DNA of 64,000 nt from Octopus vulgaris (taxonomy: Eukaryota). The stretch spans positions 170,624,001-170,688,000 of the forward strand of contig OX597814.1 of assembly GCA_951406725.2 (NCBI GenBank), written 5' to 3'. Below, piece by piece: positions 38,620-50,600 of this stretch; the stretch's first letter is position 1; each line of letters begins with the position of its first letter. The notes under the pieces are model-generated. The model saw only the letters and a list, made by a program, of their open reading frames with translations, had not been told where the DNA came from and did no database searches. The position numbers were made by a program, and so were the translations under genes.

Positions 38620-39499
38620 CAACTGAGTTTTTTTTTTTTTTTACATAGGCTTACATCTTGAGCTTCCTATCAGAGAGAAAATGTTAATTGTAGTGTTTAT
38701 GGTGATAACATTGTTATTGCAATGAATGGTACACTTCCTATCTGCCCAGAAGTAAATTTGAGTTACTGGCTTTAATTCGTTGATAGCTTACAGCTGCTCC
38801 ACACCACATGATACAAGCAAAATAGCAGCCAAATCTCCCCTCAGATTGCACTCTCTGCTGCCTGAAATAATGGAAGTGTGTATTGGATATTGTAAGTCTA
38901 ATATATCCCTTCATAAGAAGTGGGATTGTTAAACAGCTGGAATGACTCTGATTGTTCAATCATAGTTGATCTGAGGCTAAGCAACATCACTAACAAGAAG
39001 AAGGACAGCAACAACAACAACAACTACTACTACTACAACAACAACAACCACAACAACCACAACAACAGCTGCAGCAATAAACAGAAGTCTGTTTAGTGAA
39101 TGCAAATTCAAAATAAATGGGGGGAAAAAAATGTTACAATATATTTGGCAATGAAAATGTGTGATAAATATATATGTTCTCCTGCAAGATTTGATTGACA
39201 GCATAGCACGTATTCCGTTAATTTTACCATTTTGTTGAATTGTGCAGAATATGCCCAGACTAGTTCCAATTAAAGGCATCATTAGCACATACCTCAGAGC
39301 ATTAGTCATTTCTGTATGTATATAAAAGTTGTAATATATGTACAGTATGTTAGACACAACATGCACCATATCTGAAGCAGGGAAAAAACTGTTAGAACTT
39401 CTACTTGAACCATATGTGTGTAGCTTGTTAAGACTTCTGTGTTATGAGTTACACTACAGAATGTCTACTACTGCCTCTACTTAAATCAGATACTTTTAT

Positions 39500-41016
39500 T
39501 TGTTACCTTTTGTCTTTTGATCATGTCAGTCATTGGACTGCAGCCATGCTGAGACACAGCTATGAAGGTTTTAGGGAAACAAATTGACCCCTATACATAT
39601 TTTCTTAAAGTCTAGTTTGTATTAAGTTTCTTGTGCAAAACTGCTAGGTTATGGGGATGTAAACGAACCAACACTGGTTATCAAGTGATGGCAGGGGACA
39701 AACACAAAGAGACACACGCCCTGACATATCTTATTTCTTTATTGCCCACAAGGGGATAAATATAGAGGGGACAAACAAGGACTCAATAGATCTCCTCAAG
39801 CACAGCATGTCACTTGACGATTCAAAGGTACTTTTAAAATAGGCTGGTTCTGCAACACTGGTATAGGCTACGACTGTGATCTCACTTTACTTGCCAGGTC
39901 TTCTCAATCACAGCATATCCCCAGAGGTCTCAGTCTCTTGTCATTGCCTCTGTGAGGCCCAATGTTCAAAGATCGTGCTTTACCACCTTATCCCATATCT
40001 TCCTGGGTTTCCCTCTTCCATGGGTTTCTTCTACTGTTAGGGATTGATACTTCTTCATACAGCTGTCCTCATCCATATGCAGCATATGACCATACCAGCA
40101 CAGTCATCTCTCTTGCATACCACATCTGATGCTTCTTATGTCCAACATTTCTTTCAGGGTGCTTACACTCTGTTTTGTGTGCACACTGATATTACACATC
40201 TAGTGGATCATTCTAGCTTCATTTCTTTCAAGCCTATGTATGTCCTCAACAGTCATGGCTCATGTTTCACTGCTGTGTAGCATGGCAGTTCACACACATG
40301 CATCATATAGTCTACCTTTCACTCTGAGGTAGGAGGAGCTCTCTGAAATCAAATTCGATGACAGCACTGCATGACTGGCATCCATGCTAGTGGAGCACTA
40401 AGAGCACCATCGAGTGTGATCATTGCCAGGGCTGCTGACTGGTTCCCATACCGGTGACACGTAAAACGCACCATTTGAGAGTGATCGTTACCAGTGTTGC
40501 CTTACTGGCACTTGTGCCGGTGGAATGTGAAAAACAACATTCGAGCGAGGTTGTTGCCAGTGCCGCTGGACTGGCTCCTGTGCAGGTGGCACGCAAAAAA
40601 CACCATTTGAGCATGGCCATTACTAGTACCGTCTGACTGGCCCTCATGCTGGTAGCACATAAAAGCACCCACTACACTCTCGGAGTGGTTGGGATTAAGA
40701 AGGGCTGTAGAAACTTTGCCAGATCAGATTGGAGCCTGGTGCAGCCATCTGGCTTGCCAGTCCTCAGTCAAACCGTCCAACCCATGCCAGCATGGAAAGC
40801 AGACGTTAAACGATGATGATGAGGATGATGATGATAATGATGATGATGATGACAACAAGTTCCTTTCAGTTTCTGTCTACCAAATCCACTCACAAGGCTT
40901 TGGTCGGCCTGAGCCTATAGTAGAAGACACTTGCCCAATGTGCCATGCAGTGGGACTGAACCCGGAACCTTGTGGTTGGTAAGCAAGCTACTTACCACAC
41001 AGCCACTCCTGTACCT
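39500..41016 (-). mobile_element. SINE-A halves (39500-39720 and 40855-41016) separated by a SINE-B tail and an RTE insertion
   Basis: Tail half on the left, head half on the right; whether they derive from one copy is uncertain. Confidence 0.6.
39780..40853 (+). mobile_element. RTE LINE with a 5' inversion
   Basis: 39780-40347 is antisense ORF end plus early UTR; 40344-40853 is the sense UTR array plus (GAT)n tail. Confidence 0.85.
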
Positions 41017-42677
41017 AGGTAACAAAAGGTAAGGTAAGAAATGGGTTAAGAATTGTTACAATCTATACCACATTTAATTATTAAAACATAATATGCTGCA
41101 AGTTGGTATTTATCTATGAGTATATTTCAAGAGCAAATATATACACACTAACTGGCCCCATGCTAATTGCAGTATTTTATATATATATGAATAAGGACAA
41201 AAGTTAGAATATAGATGGTAAATCAAATTAATACATTTGTCAACGTTATCTAGTGATTGCCTTTTGAGATGTAACATTGATCATTATTTGTTACTGAAAG
41301 AATGCTGGTTCACATACTTCTCTTGTATATGCATGCACATATACTCACACAGAGTTGAAACGCTGTTTGATTTTCCTTTTCAGTATTGCATGTTCACCAT
41401 CCTACTTCCATTGCACACACACAAACTTTCATATACCTCCCTTTTACATACACACACATATACTCACTCAGTTGAAATACTGTTTTGATTTTTTTTTCAC
41501 CCTAAAACTTCTATCATCTGACTACCAAATTTACTATCACTCCTTCCTTCCTTATTCATCTATCACCCCTTCCTTTCTCATTCATATGATGTGACAGAGA
41601 AAAACACAAGAGTATTATTATAGTAGATTATTTATCTTTCCCTCCTTTTTTTCCCTCTGTATCATCTTTTTACAAATAGTGATATCATGTAATGAAGTTG
41701 ACTTTCTTGGATGAGAAACCAGGGTCAATAGGTGTGTATAGGAAGTCCTGGTGTAACTGTAGATTCTGGCCAGGAGGTTTGGGTTAGTGAAAGTGCATGG
41801 GGCTGCACAACAAGTTCCAGTCAGAGTGTTAAGCAGTTTTCCCTTTTTGAAGTTTATTTTGCTAGCTCAAGGAAAGAGCCATTATTTTCCTATTCTTCAT
41901 ACTACAGATATGCAAACTTCTGTCTTTTCTGAGGCCATGCTATACGAGAAAAGCTAATGGGTGGATCTGCTAAATAGTCATTTGATTTGCAAGAAATAGC
42001 AATTATGTCTCTCTCAAATCCAACTCAACTCTTTTGAAAAGGGAAGGCCACATTGAAATAATATGATCTTAGTAATCAATTAAAAAAAGATAGAAGTAGT
42101 AATGGCCAAAACACCCTTGAACTTAGGTCTTCATATTCAATGCTAAATTGAAGCTAAACAAAAACTGCAATAGCAGTAACTGTTTAGAACATGTGCTGTT
42201 TATGTGGTCAATTTGGATTGTTTTGTATGGTTGAATATTGCATTAGAGTAGTGAAGGGGACCCAATTAATGCATAACTGTCCTACCAACTTCTTTGGGTT
42301 CCAGTGGAGCCAGTTTGCTATTAAGTACAGAGAATTCAGAATTAATGTGACTAGCTATTAAATGTTATGGTTCTTTTATTGCGCAAGCAAGTATTTGGTT
42401 TCATTTGTCAAATTAGGACGGAAATGATAAAATAATGTGAAAATGTTGTTCTCGTGTGCTGTTAACATGTTCAGATTTTTGTAGCTAGTCACACATATAG
42501 TCTCTGGGTGTGTGTTGAGTTATACAGGCTGAAAATAACACTAGATTCTTTTTCATGATGTTTCATGTACTTAATGTATTAAGTAAAATCTTTGCAAACC
42601 ACATATTGATCACTGTACACATTTCAGTTTGGTCCTTATTTTATTAATCACTATTTATTGAATAGCTATTTACCTTT

Positions 42678-43498
42678 CAGGGGTTCTCAACCATTTTTTA
42701 CTTACCGTAAATCTGCCCTTGAGTATAATACACAGGGGATTTTTAGTGGGCTGTACCTCTGAAAAACTTAAACCTTGTGTATAATACGCACCCCTTTTCT
42801 AACTTGAGTCAAGGAGGTCTATATAACATCCTTGGTTTGTAAAAATGTGTACGGTAACATACTTTATTATTATTGTATATATAACATAATGCAAACGTGT
42901 AGCTTTTTTGTGCAATTTGTTTGCAGAAAATAAAGAAATAACAGTAATAACGTTTAATAAATGTTGCTTGCTGCAAGTTATGGATGATTCTTTTATGACT
43001 TTATTGCTTTCAAGCTTAGCTTAAGGTATTTTCGCGCCCGACATCACAAAATGCATCTGAATAAACATTGCCGGACAGCAAACAGAGACTTGGACATTGC
43101 TTAGAAAATAATTTTCATTTTTAACCTCGTATATAGTATGCACTAAGGGATTTTGACCATTAAATTTTGGGGAAAAAATGTGGATTATACTCGAGGATTT
43201 ACGGTATTTGATAACTATTTTATTCTGGTGGACCCCATAACTCCTCAATGGTTAAAAACTAGTTTTATAGATAACTTCTTTCAAAATTTCTATTTCATTT
43301 TTCACACATTAACTTGTGTAGAGAAAGAAACCTAGCTGTTACTTGCAATACATGCCAATACATACATCTAAAGCAAAATTTTTTCAGGGGCCCTTAAAAT
43401 ACTAATGTGGATCCCTAATTTACTATTTTGTCGCATGGACCCCCAAAGATCTTACATGGACCCTCAGAGACCATATGGACCCTGGTTGAGAAGTACTG
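42678..43498. mobile_element. hAT/Charlie-like MITE
   Basis: TIRs CAGGGGTTCTCAACCA / TGGTTGAGAAGTACTG; repeated ATGGACCC subterminal motifs; no 8-bp TSD evident. Confidence 0.7.
42705..43204. mobile_element. Nested Tc1/pogo-type MITE with TA TSD
   Basis: TA|CCGTAAATC...TGAGTATAAT and ATTATACTCGAGGATTTACGG|TA. Confidence 0.8.
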
Positions 43499-43585
43499 GC
43501 TTATTTGAAACACTGCTTTATAATGGCAAACACACACACACACATACACACACATATATATGTGATGTGCTTATGTGCAGTTTCT

Positions 43586-44190
43586 TATTTCTTATTTCTT
43601 TATTGCCCACAAGGGGCTATACACAGAGGGGACAAACAAGGACAGACAAACGGATTAAGTTGATTATATCGACCCCACTACATAACTGGTACTTATTTAA
43701 TCGACCCCGAAAGGATGAAAGGCAAAGTTGACCTCGGCGGAATTTGAACTCAGAATGTAGCCGCAGACGAAATACCTATTTCTTTACTACCCACAAGGGC
43801 TACACACAGAGGGGACAAACAAGGACAGACAAACGGATTAAGTCGATTATATCAACACCAGTTCGTAACTGGTACTTATTTAATCGACCCGGAAAGGATG
43901 AAAGGCAAAGTCGACCTCGGCAGAATTTGAACTCAGAATGTAGCCGCAGATGAAATACCTATTTCTTTACTACCCACAAGGGGCTACACACAGAGGGAAC
44001 AAACAAGGACAGACAAAAGGATTAAATTGATAACATCGACCCCAGTGCGTAACTGATACTTATTTAATCGACCCCGAAAGGATGAAAGGCAAAGTCGACC
44101 TCGGCAGAATTTGAACTCAGAATGTAGCGGCAGACGAAATACCATTAAGCATTTCACCTGGCGTGCTAACGTTTCTGCCAGCTCGCTGCC
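43586..44190 (-). mobile_element. SINE-B head-to-tail trimer
   Basis: One full unit (43959-44190) plus two head-less ~183-190-bp units; a single 18-bp TSD. Confidence 0.9.
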
Positions 44191-44673
44191 TGCTTCTGTG
44201 CAGTTTCTATCAATCAAATTTCACTCAGAAGGCATTTAAACATACATGGAAAGTTGGTTACAATTCCTTTTCAATTTGAATGAATAAAAAAATAAAAATA
44301 AAAAACAATAAGACATATGTAATATTTCAAATTATGCAGGTTTATTACTGAAGCATACATGGATTATGTTTATTGATGCTGATGTTTAAGGTATCTTGCT
44401 GGATCAGTCTGCGGTCAGGATTTCGAGTGGCACCGTCTGGAATATTTTGCTGAAACACATTGGTAGCTTGGGCTGTTGACGAAAAGAACTCAAAGAGGAA
44501 ATTGAGCAAGAATGTATGACCATCATCCCCATAAATGCATTAAAAATATTCGAGAGACCTTGAACAAGTGATAGTTAAATTAGTGTTAACACATTTAATG
44601 GAAGAAGTATTAACAAACAATTTTGGAAATTATGAAGTGAGGAAAAAACAATATTAATTAATACTTAACATCA

Positions 44674-45082
44674 GGCACAGGAGTGGCTGTGTGGTAAGTA
44701 GCTTGCTTACAAACCACATGGTTCCGGGTTCAGTTCCACTGCGTGGTACCTTGGGCAAGTGTCTTCTACTATAGCCTTGAGCTGACCAAAGCCTTGTGAG
44801 TGGATTTGGAAGATGGAAACTGAAAGAAGGTCGTCATATATATGTATATATATATATATGTATGTGTGTGTGTTCGTGTGTCTGTGTTTGTCCCCCCCAA
44901 CATCACTTGACAACCAATAGTGGTGTGTTTACATCCCTGTAACTTAGCGGTTCAGCAAAAGATACCAATAGAATAAGTACTACTCTTACAAAGAATAAGT
45001 CCTGGAGTCAATTTGCTCGACTAAAGGCGGTGCTCCAGCATGGCCACAGTCAAATGACTGAAACAAGTAAAAGAGAGTAAAG
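44674..45082 (+). mobile_element. SINE-A, full length
   Basis: Family match. Confidence 0.9.
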
Positions 45083-45325
45083 AAAGTATCATTTTCATTT
45101 TTTGCAGCAGGAACAAAAAACAACTTTGGTTTTTGGTATTATTCTACCTATAACTTAACTACTGTGTTTCATGAAGATGGCATCTCTTAGTTCTACACTG
45201 TCTTGAACAAGTGAGTTAAAGAAACTAATATTTGTCTCAATTACTAAATAATATTTCAGTGGTATACTTGCCAGGCAATTGATTTCATCTGAGAGTGAGT
45301 GTTGAAAATAAAATGATTGTAGCAT

Positions 45326-45513
45326 GAAAGGTACATATTAGCCATTCAAAAAACACACAAAGACTGTTAACTTGATTTAGACATTTATTATTTTTGTTAT
45401 TTTGTGTCAACATTTTCATCACACCAACTGATGCCTGGTCAGTGACACCAAATAATAAATGTTTAAATCAAGTTAAGTGTTTGTGTATTTTTGAATAGCT
45501 GATATATATCTTC
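45326..45513. repeat. Inverted repeat, ~65-bp arms
   Basis: TTAACTTGATTTAGACATTTATTATTT / AAATAATAAATGTTTAAATCAAGTTAA. Confidence 0.85.
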
Positions 45514-45536
45514 TGCAATATATATATATATATATA

Positions 45537-45985
45537 ATGAAATTATTGTATACAGTGCTCAGGTACACCACAACTTGTCAAAAGTGTGTATAAAGTATAT
45601 GCAGTAATGTACAAATGTCTGGAAAGCGAACAGTGTATGAGTCAGATACATGCTTGCGTGTGTATGGAGGGGAGAAAATCAGGTGTAGTGTTGGCGAATC
45701 TCAGGAAGCATGGAAGTTTTGAAGATGCAGTGCTCCGACAACTAACAACTGATGCCGGCAGTTTGTTCCATGCTTCAGCAACTCTCAGTGTGAAAAAATG
45801 TTTCCGAAAGTCATGGGAGCTGTGCTGTTTTCTGATTTTGTAAACATGTCCACGAGTGTTAGACAGGTGGAGTTTGAAAAGGTGCTCAGAGTTATTGTTT
45901 GTAAGATGGTTAATAATTTTATGGGTGTCTGCCAAGTCAGCTGCCAGACGTTGGAGTTTCAATGTATCCATGCCCAGGATATACT
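45537..45985 (-). mobile_element. CR1/Jockey-group LINE 3' end
   Basis: ORF 45642-45971: TLKLQRLAADLADTHKII...TRGHVYKI...FFTLRVAEAWNKLP; ends beside (TA)n. Confidence 0.85.
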
Positions 45986-46160
45986 AAATAGTATTTGTAT
46001 AAAAGAATTATTATTCAAAACCAGAGTTAGTTAAGCTATACAAATATTTCTCTATTTCATAACAGGGGTGAACACAGCTTGTTTATATGAAACATGCTTA
46101 GAATTTGGTTATTAGTTGTAAAATTTGCTGGAGCATATGAACCTGTATATGAACCTAACA

Positions 46161-46395
46161 AATCCGATCCTGAATTAAGAAACTTGTATATTGCTGGCAC
46201 ATATTAAATTATCTCAGATTACTATAAAACTAATGTCACTGAGTTTATATCAATGATCAAAAGTTCAGTGTATAAAATTGTCCTTAATGTAGGACATAGA
46301 TACTTCTGAAGTTGATGGTAAGAATTGGGTTGATAATGGCTATGCCTGTAGTATATATATATATATATATATATAGTGATATGTAGTACTCAGAA
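46161..46395. repeat. ~220-bp direct repeat, second copy at 47686-47897
   Basis: AATCCGATCCTGAATTAAGAAACTTGTATATTGCTGGCACAT identical at both starts, diverging downstream. Confidence 0.85.
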
Positions 46396-47139
46396 TATAG
46401 GCAGTTAGAAATAGGTCTAAAAAAGTCTGTTATTTTGATGCTGTTGATGTTAACAGTTAAAAAAGGTTACCTTATTAAAGCTGTTGGTAAGGTGGTGCAC
46501 TGGCAGAATTGTTAGCAAATTGGACAGAATTCTTTGCAGCACTTCTTAATTCTTTACATTCTAGTTTCAAATGCCACCAGATTGGCTTTGTCTTTTAGCC
46601 TTTCAGAGTTGATAAAATAGGTAACACTCAAGTACCGGAGTGGGGGTGATGCAATCAACTTTCCTACCCCCCCTCAAATTTGCTGGCCTTGTGCCAAGAA
46701 TTAGAGTTATTCAAATTGTCAGTCAATGCTAAGACTATTCCTCCCAGTTGTCTTGTGGGTTTAGAACATCAACAGAGCTGTCTAACACATGGAAGGAATA
46801 CAATGGATAGACTATTTTTCTTCTATTGTCTTCTCCACTTAAACATAAAACATCTGATAATTATGTTGAACAGCAATGGTAATCAATAAGAAAGTCTCTC
46901 TATGGCCACTCAACTTGCTAGAAAAAACAGTCAAATCTTCCTCAAATTGCAATACATTACTATCTTAAAAACTAGAGGACATTGGATAATGTAGTCTTAG
47001 ATGCAATGTGGGTAAGAAGAGAGGATAGGATGGCCACAGGTATAACTTCAATTCTAGATATATTGGATCAGGTCTAACCTGGAGTTAAACAACAAGAAGT
47101 AGGAGAACTGAGGTCGTCGCTGTGGTCGTCGTTGTGGTC

Positions 47140-47405
47140 GTCATCGTTTAACGTCCGTTTTCCTTGCTAGCAAGGGTTGGATGGTTCAACCAGGGTCTGG
47201 GAAGCCAGGAGGCTGCACCAGGCTCCAGTCTGATCTGGCAGTGTTTCTACAGCTGGATGCCCTTCCTAACGCCGACCACTCCGTGAGTGTAGTGGGTACT
47301 TTTTATGTGCCGCCAGCACAGGTGCCAGGGGAGGCTGGCAGTGGCCATGATCGGTTGGTGCTTTTTACATGCCACCGGCACAGAAGCCAGTCAAGGCGGC
47401 GCAGG
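47140..47405 (-). mobile_element. RTE 3' UTR/tail fragment
   Basis: Closely matches 7191-7470. Confidence 0.8.
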
Positions 47406-47895
47406 CATATATGTAATTATATATTCTTTTGAGAAACAAATGAAATACCTGTAGCAAATATGAACACATGACACATCCTGGTATTCCTTAACTTCTTCCA
47501 TCGGCATTTTGTCAGTTCTACAGACTGCTGTTGTTAGCACTGATCAAGCAGGCTTATTGAGCTCAAGGCATTCTGGCCATAACTAACCTGCCTTTTCCCT
47601 CTTTTCATAACATACTCTGAACTACATCAGCTAATGTGTATCATTTTTAAGGTGCTAACATGTGATTTGAAAGAGATTTAGCCATAATCCGATCCTGAAT
47701 TAAGAAACTTGTATATTGCTGGCACATTTTAAATTGTATCAGATTACTATAAAACTAATGCCACTGAATATTGAACAAAAGTTCAGTGTTTAAAATTGTC
47801 CTTAATGAGGGGCTATAGATACATGTGAAGTAGATGGTCAGAATAGGGCAGATAACAGCAGTGCCAGCAGTACAGGTATGGTGATATGTAGTACT

Positions 47896-48008
47896 CAGGC
47901 AGACCTTTGGAAATATGCTGTGCTTGAGAAGACCCGGCAAGCCAAGTGAGACCATAACCCGTGGCCTATGCCTGTGGTGTAACCAGCCCACTTATGCATA
48001 CATTTCCT
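47896..48008 (+). mobile_element. Internal RTE fragment with a 14-bp TSD
   Basis: Matches ~56665-56770; TGATATGTAGTACT at 47882-47895 and 48009-48022. Confidence 0.8.
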
Positions 48009-48149
48009 TGATATGTAGTACTAGACAGTAAGAAATAAGTTGGGCATCCACATAGAAGGTTCATCATTAGCCCATGGTTCTATACAGGTGTCATGATATA
48101 CTGCATTAAACTTGTGTGTGCATGTGTGTGTGTGTGTGCTTCACCTTAA

Positions 48150-48585
48150 CCCTTTTGATACCAATCTACCTGAGACCACACCTGGCCCTATGATACAGAA
48201 ATTTTGTTTTAAAGTAAATTAAATTAAAACTTTCCATCAAAATTTCATGTAAGCTTACATTCCAAATACCAACTTAATAACCCTTTCTACTATAGATGCA
48301 AGGCCTGAAATTTGGCAGGGGAAGGGACTAGTTAATTACATTGACTCCAGTGTTTCACTGGTACTTAATTTGTTGAACCTGAAAGGATGAAAGGCAAAGC
48401 TGACCTCGGCAGAATTTGAACTCAGAACATAACAGCAGATGAAATGCCGCTAAGCATTTCACCTGGCATGCTAACGATTCTGCCAGCTCACCACCTTAAA
48501 ATACCAACTTAATAATAATAGTAATTTCAAAAAATTAAGTTGAACAACTGCAGTGCATTTCAACAGAATTACGATAACAAAAGGG
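48150..48585. mobile_element. piggyBac-type MITE
   Basis: TTAA|CCCTTTTGATA ... TAACAAAAGGG|TTAA. Confidence 0.8.
48281..48497 (-). mobile_element. SINE-B' nested in the MITE, 17-bp TSD
   Basis: AAATACCAACTTAATAA at 48264-48280 and 48499-48515. Confidence 0.88.
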
Positions 48586-48597
48586 TTAAATGTAAAA

Positions 48598-48833
48598 GTC
48601 CAGTTTGCTGGACATTGTTGTAGAGCTGAAAACGAGGTAATTTCTACTCTTCTCCTCTGGAAGCCATCTGCTTGCGATACCAGAGGGCGCACACTCTCCT
48701 ACCCTGATGTAATCTCCAGGGATACAGGCATCCAGCAACAGGACCTCCGTAATGCTATGGTGGACCGTGAAGTCTGGCATAACATAGTAAATTCCATTGT
48801 CTCGATCACGGTCAAACAATGATGATAATGATG
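48598..48833 (+). mobile_element. RTE-clade LINE 3' end (second family)
   Basis: VQFAGHCCRAENEVISTLLLWKP...RGRTLSYPDVISRDTG...AMVDREVW; (GAT)n tail; ATGTAAAA TSD. Confidence 0.8.
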
Positions 48834-49803
48834 ATGTAAAACAGAGTTTGTGATAACTTAAACACTGACCATTTTATTGCACAGCTATTTCTGTTTCATC
48901 TGTAGAATAGATCTCAATGTGTTAGTAATTTTTTTTCCAGAATTACATAACAGGGCTGTTCTTATTGTGAAGGTGGTAATGGTTTCAATTAGCCACAAGT
49001 TTGAGATAGACAATCAACTACCAGAAAACTTCTCTTGATTAGCGATGTTCTCAGGTAAAAATAAAAATTCATTGCAAGAAGTTAAGGTTAATGTAGATTA
49101 TTGCTATATGAAATTAAGTCTTAAAATTTTCATTGCATGAAGTGAAGTAAGAGAGAAAATGGCATTAATTAGCTACAAGCTGTCCGCATTTCCTTGACTG
49201 TTGCACTTCAATAACTAGCCTTTTACACGAGACACTGAGCTCTGTAACCGTTTCTTGTGTAATTCAATGAGCACCAAGCTGATTGCAGTAACTAGAGGGC
49301 AAGAAATCAATCAAGAAATAGGCAGACCTGAAAAGACCTGAAATTAGTAGACCCAAAGCATGGCAACGGAACAAACAACAACAATAAAAAACTAAAAATA
49401 CAAAACTATGCCAATAAAAACAGTACATTTTGTTTGTTGATTGATATGGGTGAGGTCATGTGTAAATTTGTTTTAGATAAATTTTCATTATTAGTATGTA
49501 TGAAAAAGTTGTTTTTTTTCAGAAAAGACTCTTTAACTTATTTCTGTGTGTATGTGTGATCTTTTTTTAATTTAATTTTTCTTTTTTTTTTTTTTGCAAA
49601 AAAAAAAAAGAGTAAGCAAATAAACATTAAAATAAAAATGAATTTCAATTGGAAGCAGGCCTTCGTTTATTGTTAGGTGGCATATATGTATTTTCTGACA
49701 AGGATTGAACTCACAAACATTTATAGCACATGTATTTGTTACATAATTCTGATGCTCTTATCCACTACCTCTTAGCTACTGTGAGGTAACAGATGAGAAA
49801 ACT

Positions 49804-50021
49804 ATCATCATCGTTTAGCGTCCGCTTTCCATGCTAGCATGGGTTGGATGGTTCAGCTGGGGTCTGGGAAGCCAGAAGGCTGCACCAGGCCCAGTCTGAT
49901 CTGGCAATGTTTCTACGGCTGGATGCCCTTCCTAACGCCAACCACTCCGTGAGCGTAGTGGGTGCTTTTTACGTGCCAGATGAGGCTGGCAAACGGCCAC
50001 GATCGGATGATGCTTTTTACG
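49804..50021 (-). mobile_element. RTE 3' UTR/tail fragment
   Basis: Family match. Confidence 0.8.
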
Positions 50022-50214
50022 TAAATAAACAAATAAAGATCTGTTTGAAATAATAGTTTAGTAGTTTGGTCCTGGCTTCAACAACTGTATACATACATAT
50101 ATATCTACCACTTCATCATCCACAGAAACTAAGAAATTAAATACTCTGAAATATGGTGTTTTAAAAAGAAAGAAAGATAAGAGGCAAAAAAAAGGTTGGC
50201 TGAGAAATAAAGAA

Positions 50215-50600
50215 AAGGAGTGGCTGTGTGGTAAGTAGCTTACTTACCAACCACATGGTTCCAAGTTCAGTCCCACTACATGGCACCTTGGGCAAGTGTC
50301 TTTTACTATAGCCTCAGGCCAACCAAAGCCTTGTGAGTGGATTTGGTAGATGGAGACTGAAAGAAGCCTGTCGTATATATGTATATGTATATATATATGT
50401 TTGTCTGTGCTTGTCCCCTCAACATCGCTTGACAACCGATGCTGGTGTGTTTACATCCCCATAACTTAGCAGTTTGGCAAAAGAGACCAATAGAATAAGT
50501 AGTAGGCTTGCAAAGAATAAGTCCTGGGGTCGATTTGTTCGACTAAAGGCTGTGCTTCAGTATGGCCACAGTCAAATGACTGAAACAAGTAAAAGAGTAA
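50215..50600 (+). mobile_element. SINE-A
   Basis: Family match. Confidence 0.88.

Noticed and set aside
45428-45460. Hammerhead-like CTGATGC-CTGGT...ACCAAA in the hairpin spacer
   Set aside because: Both core boxes deviate (no CUGANGA, no GAAA); cannot be supported from this copy
49150-49400. Possible miRNA or exon in unique sequence
   Set aside because: No convincing hairpin, no match to conserved miRNAs I recall, and no ORF
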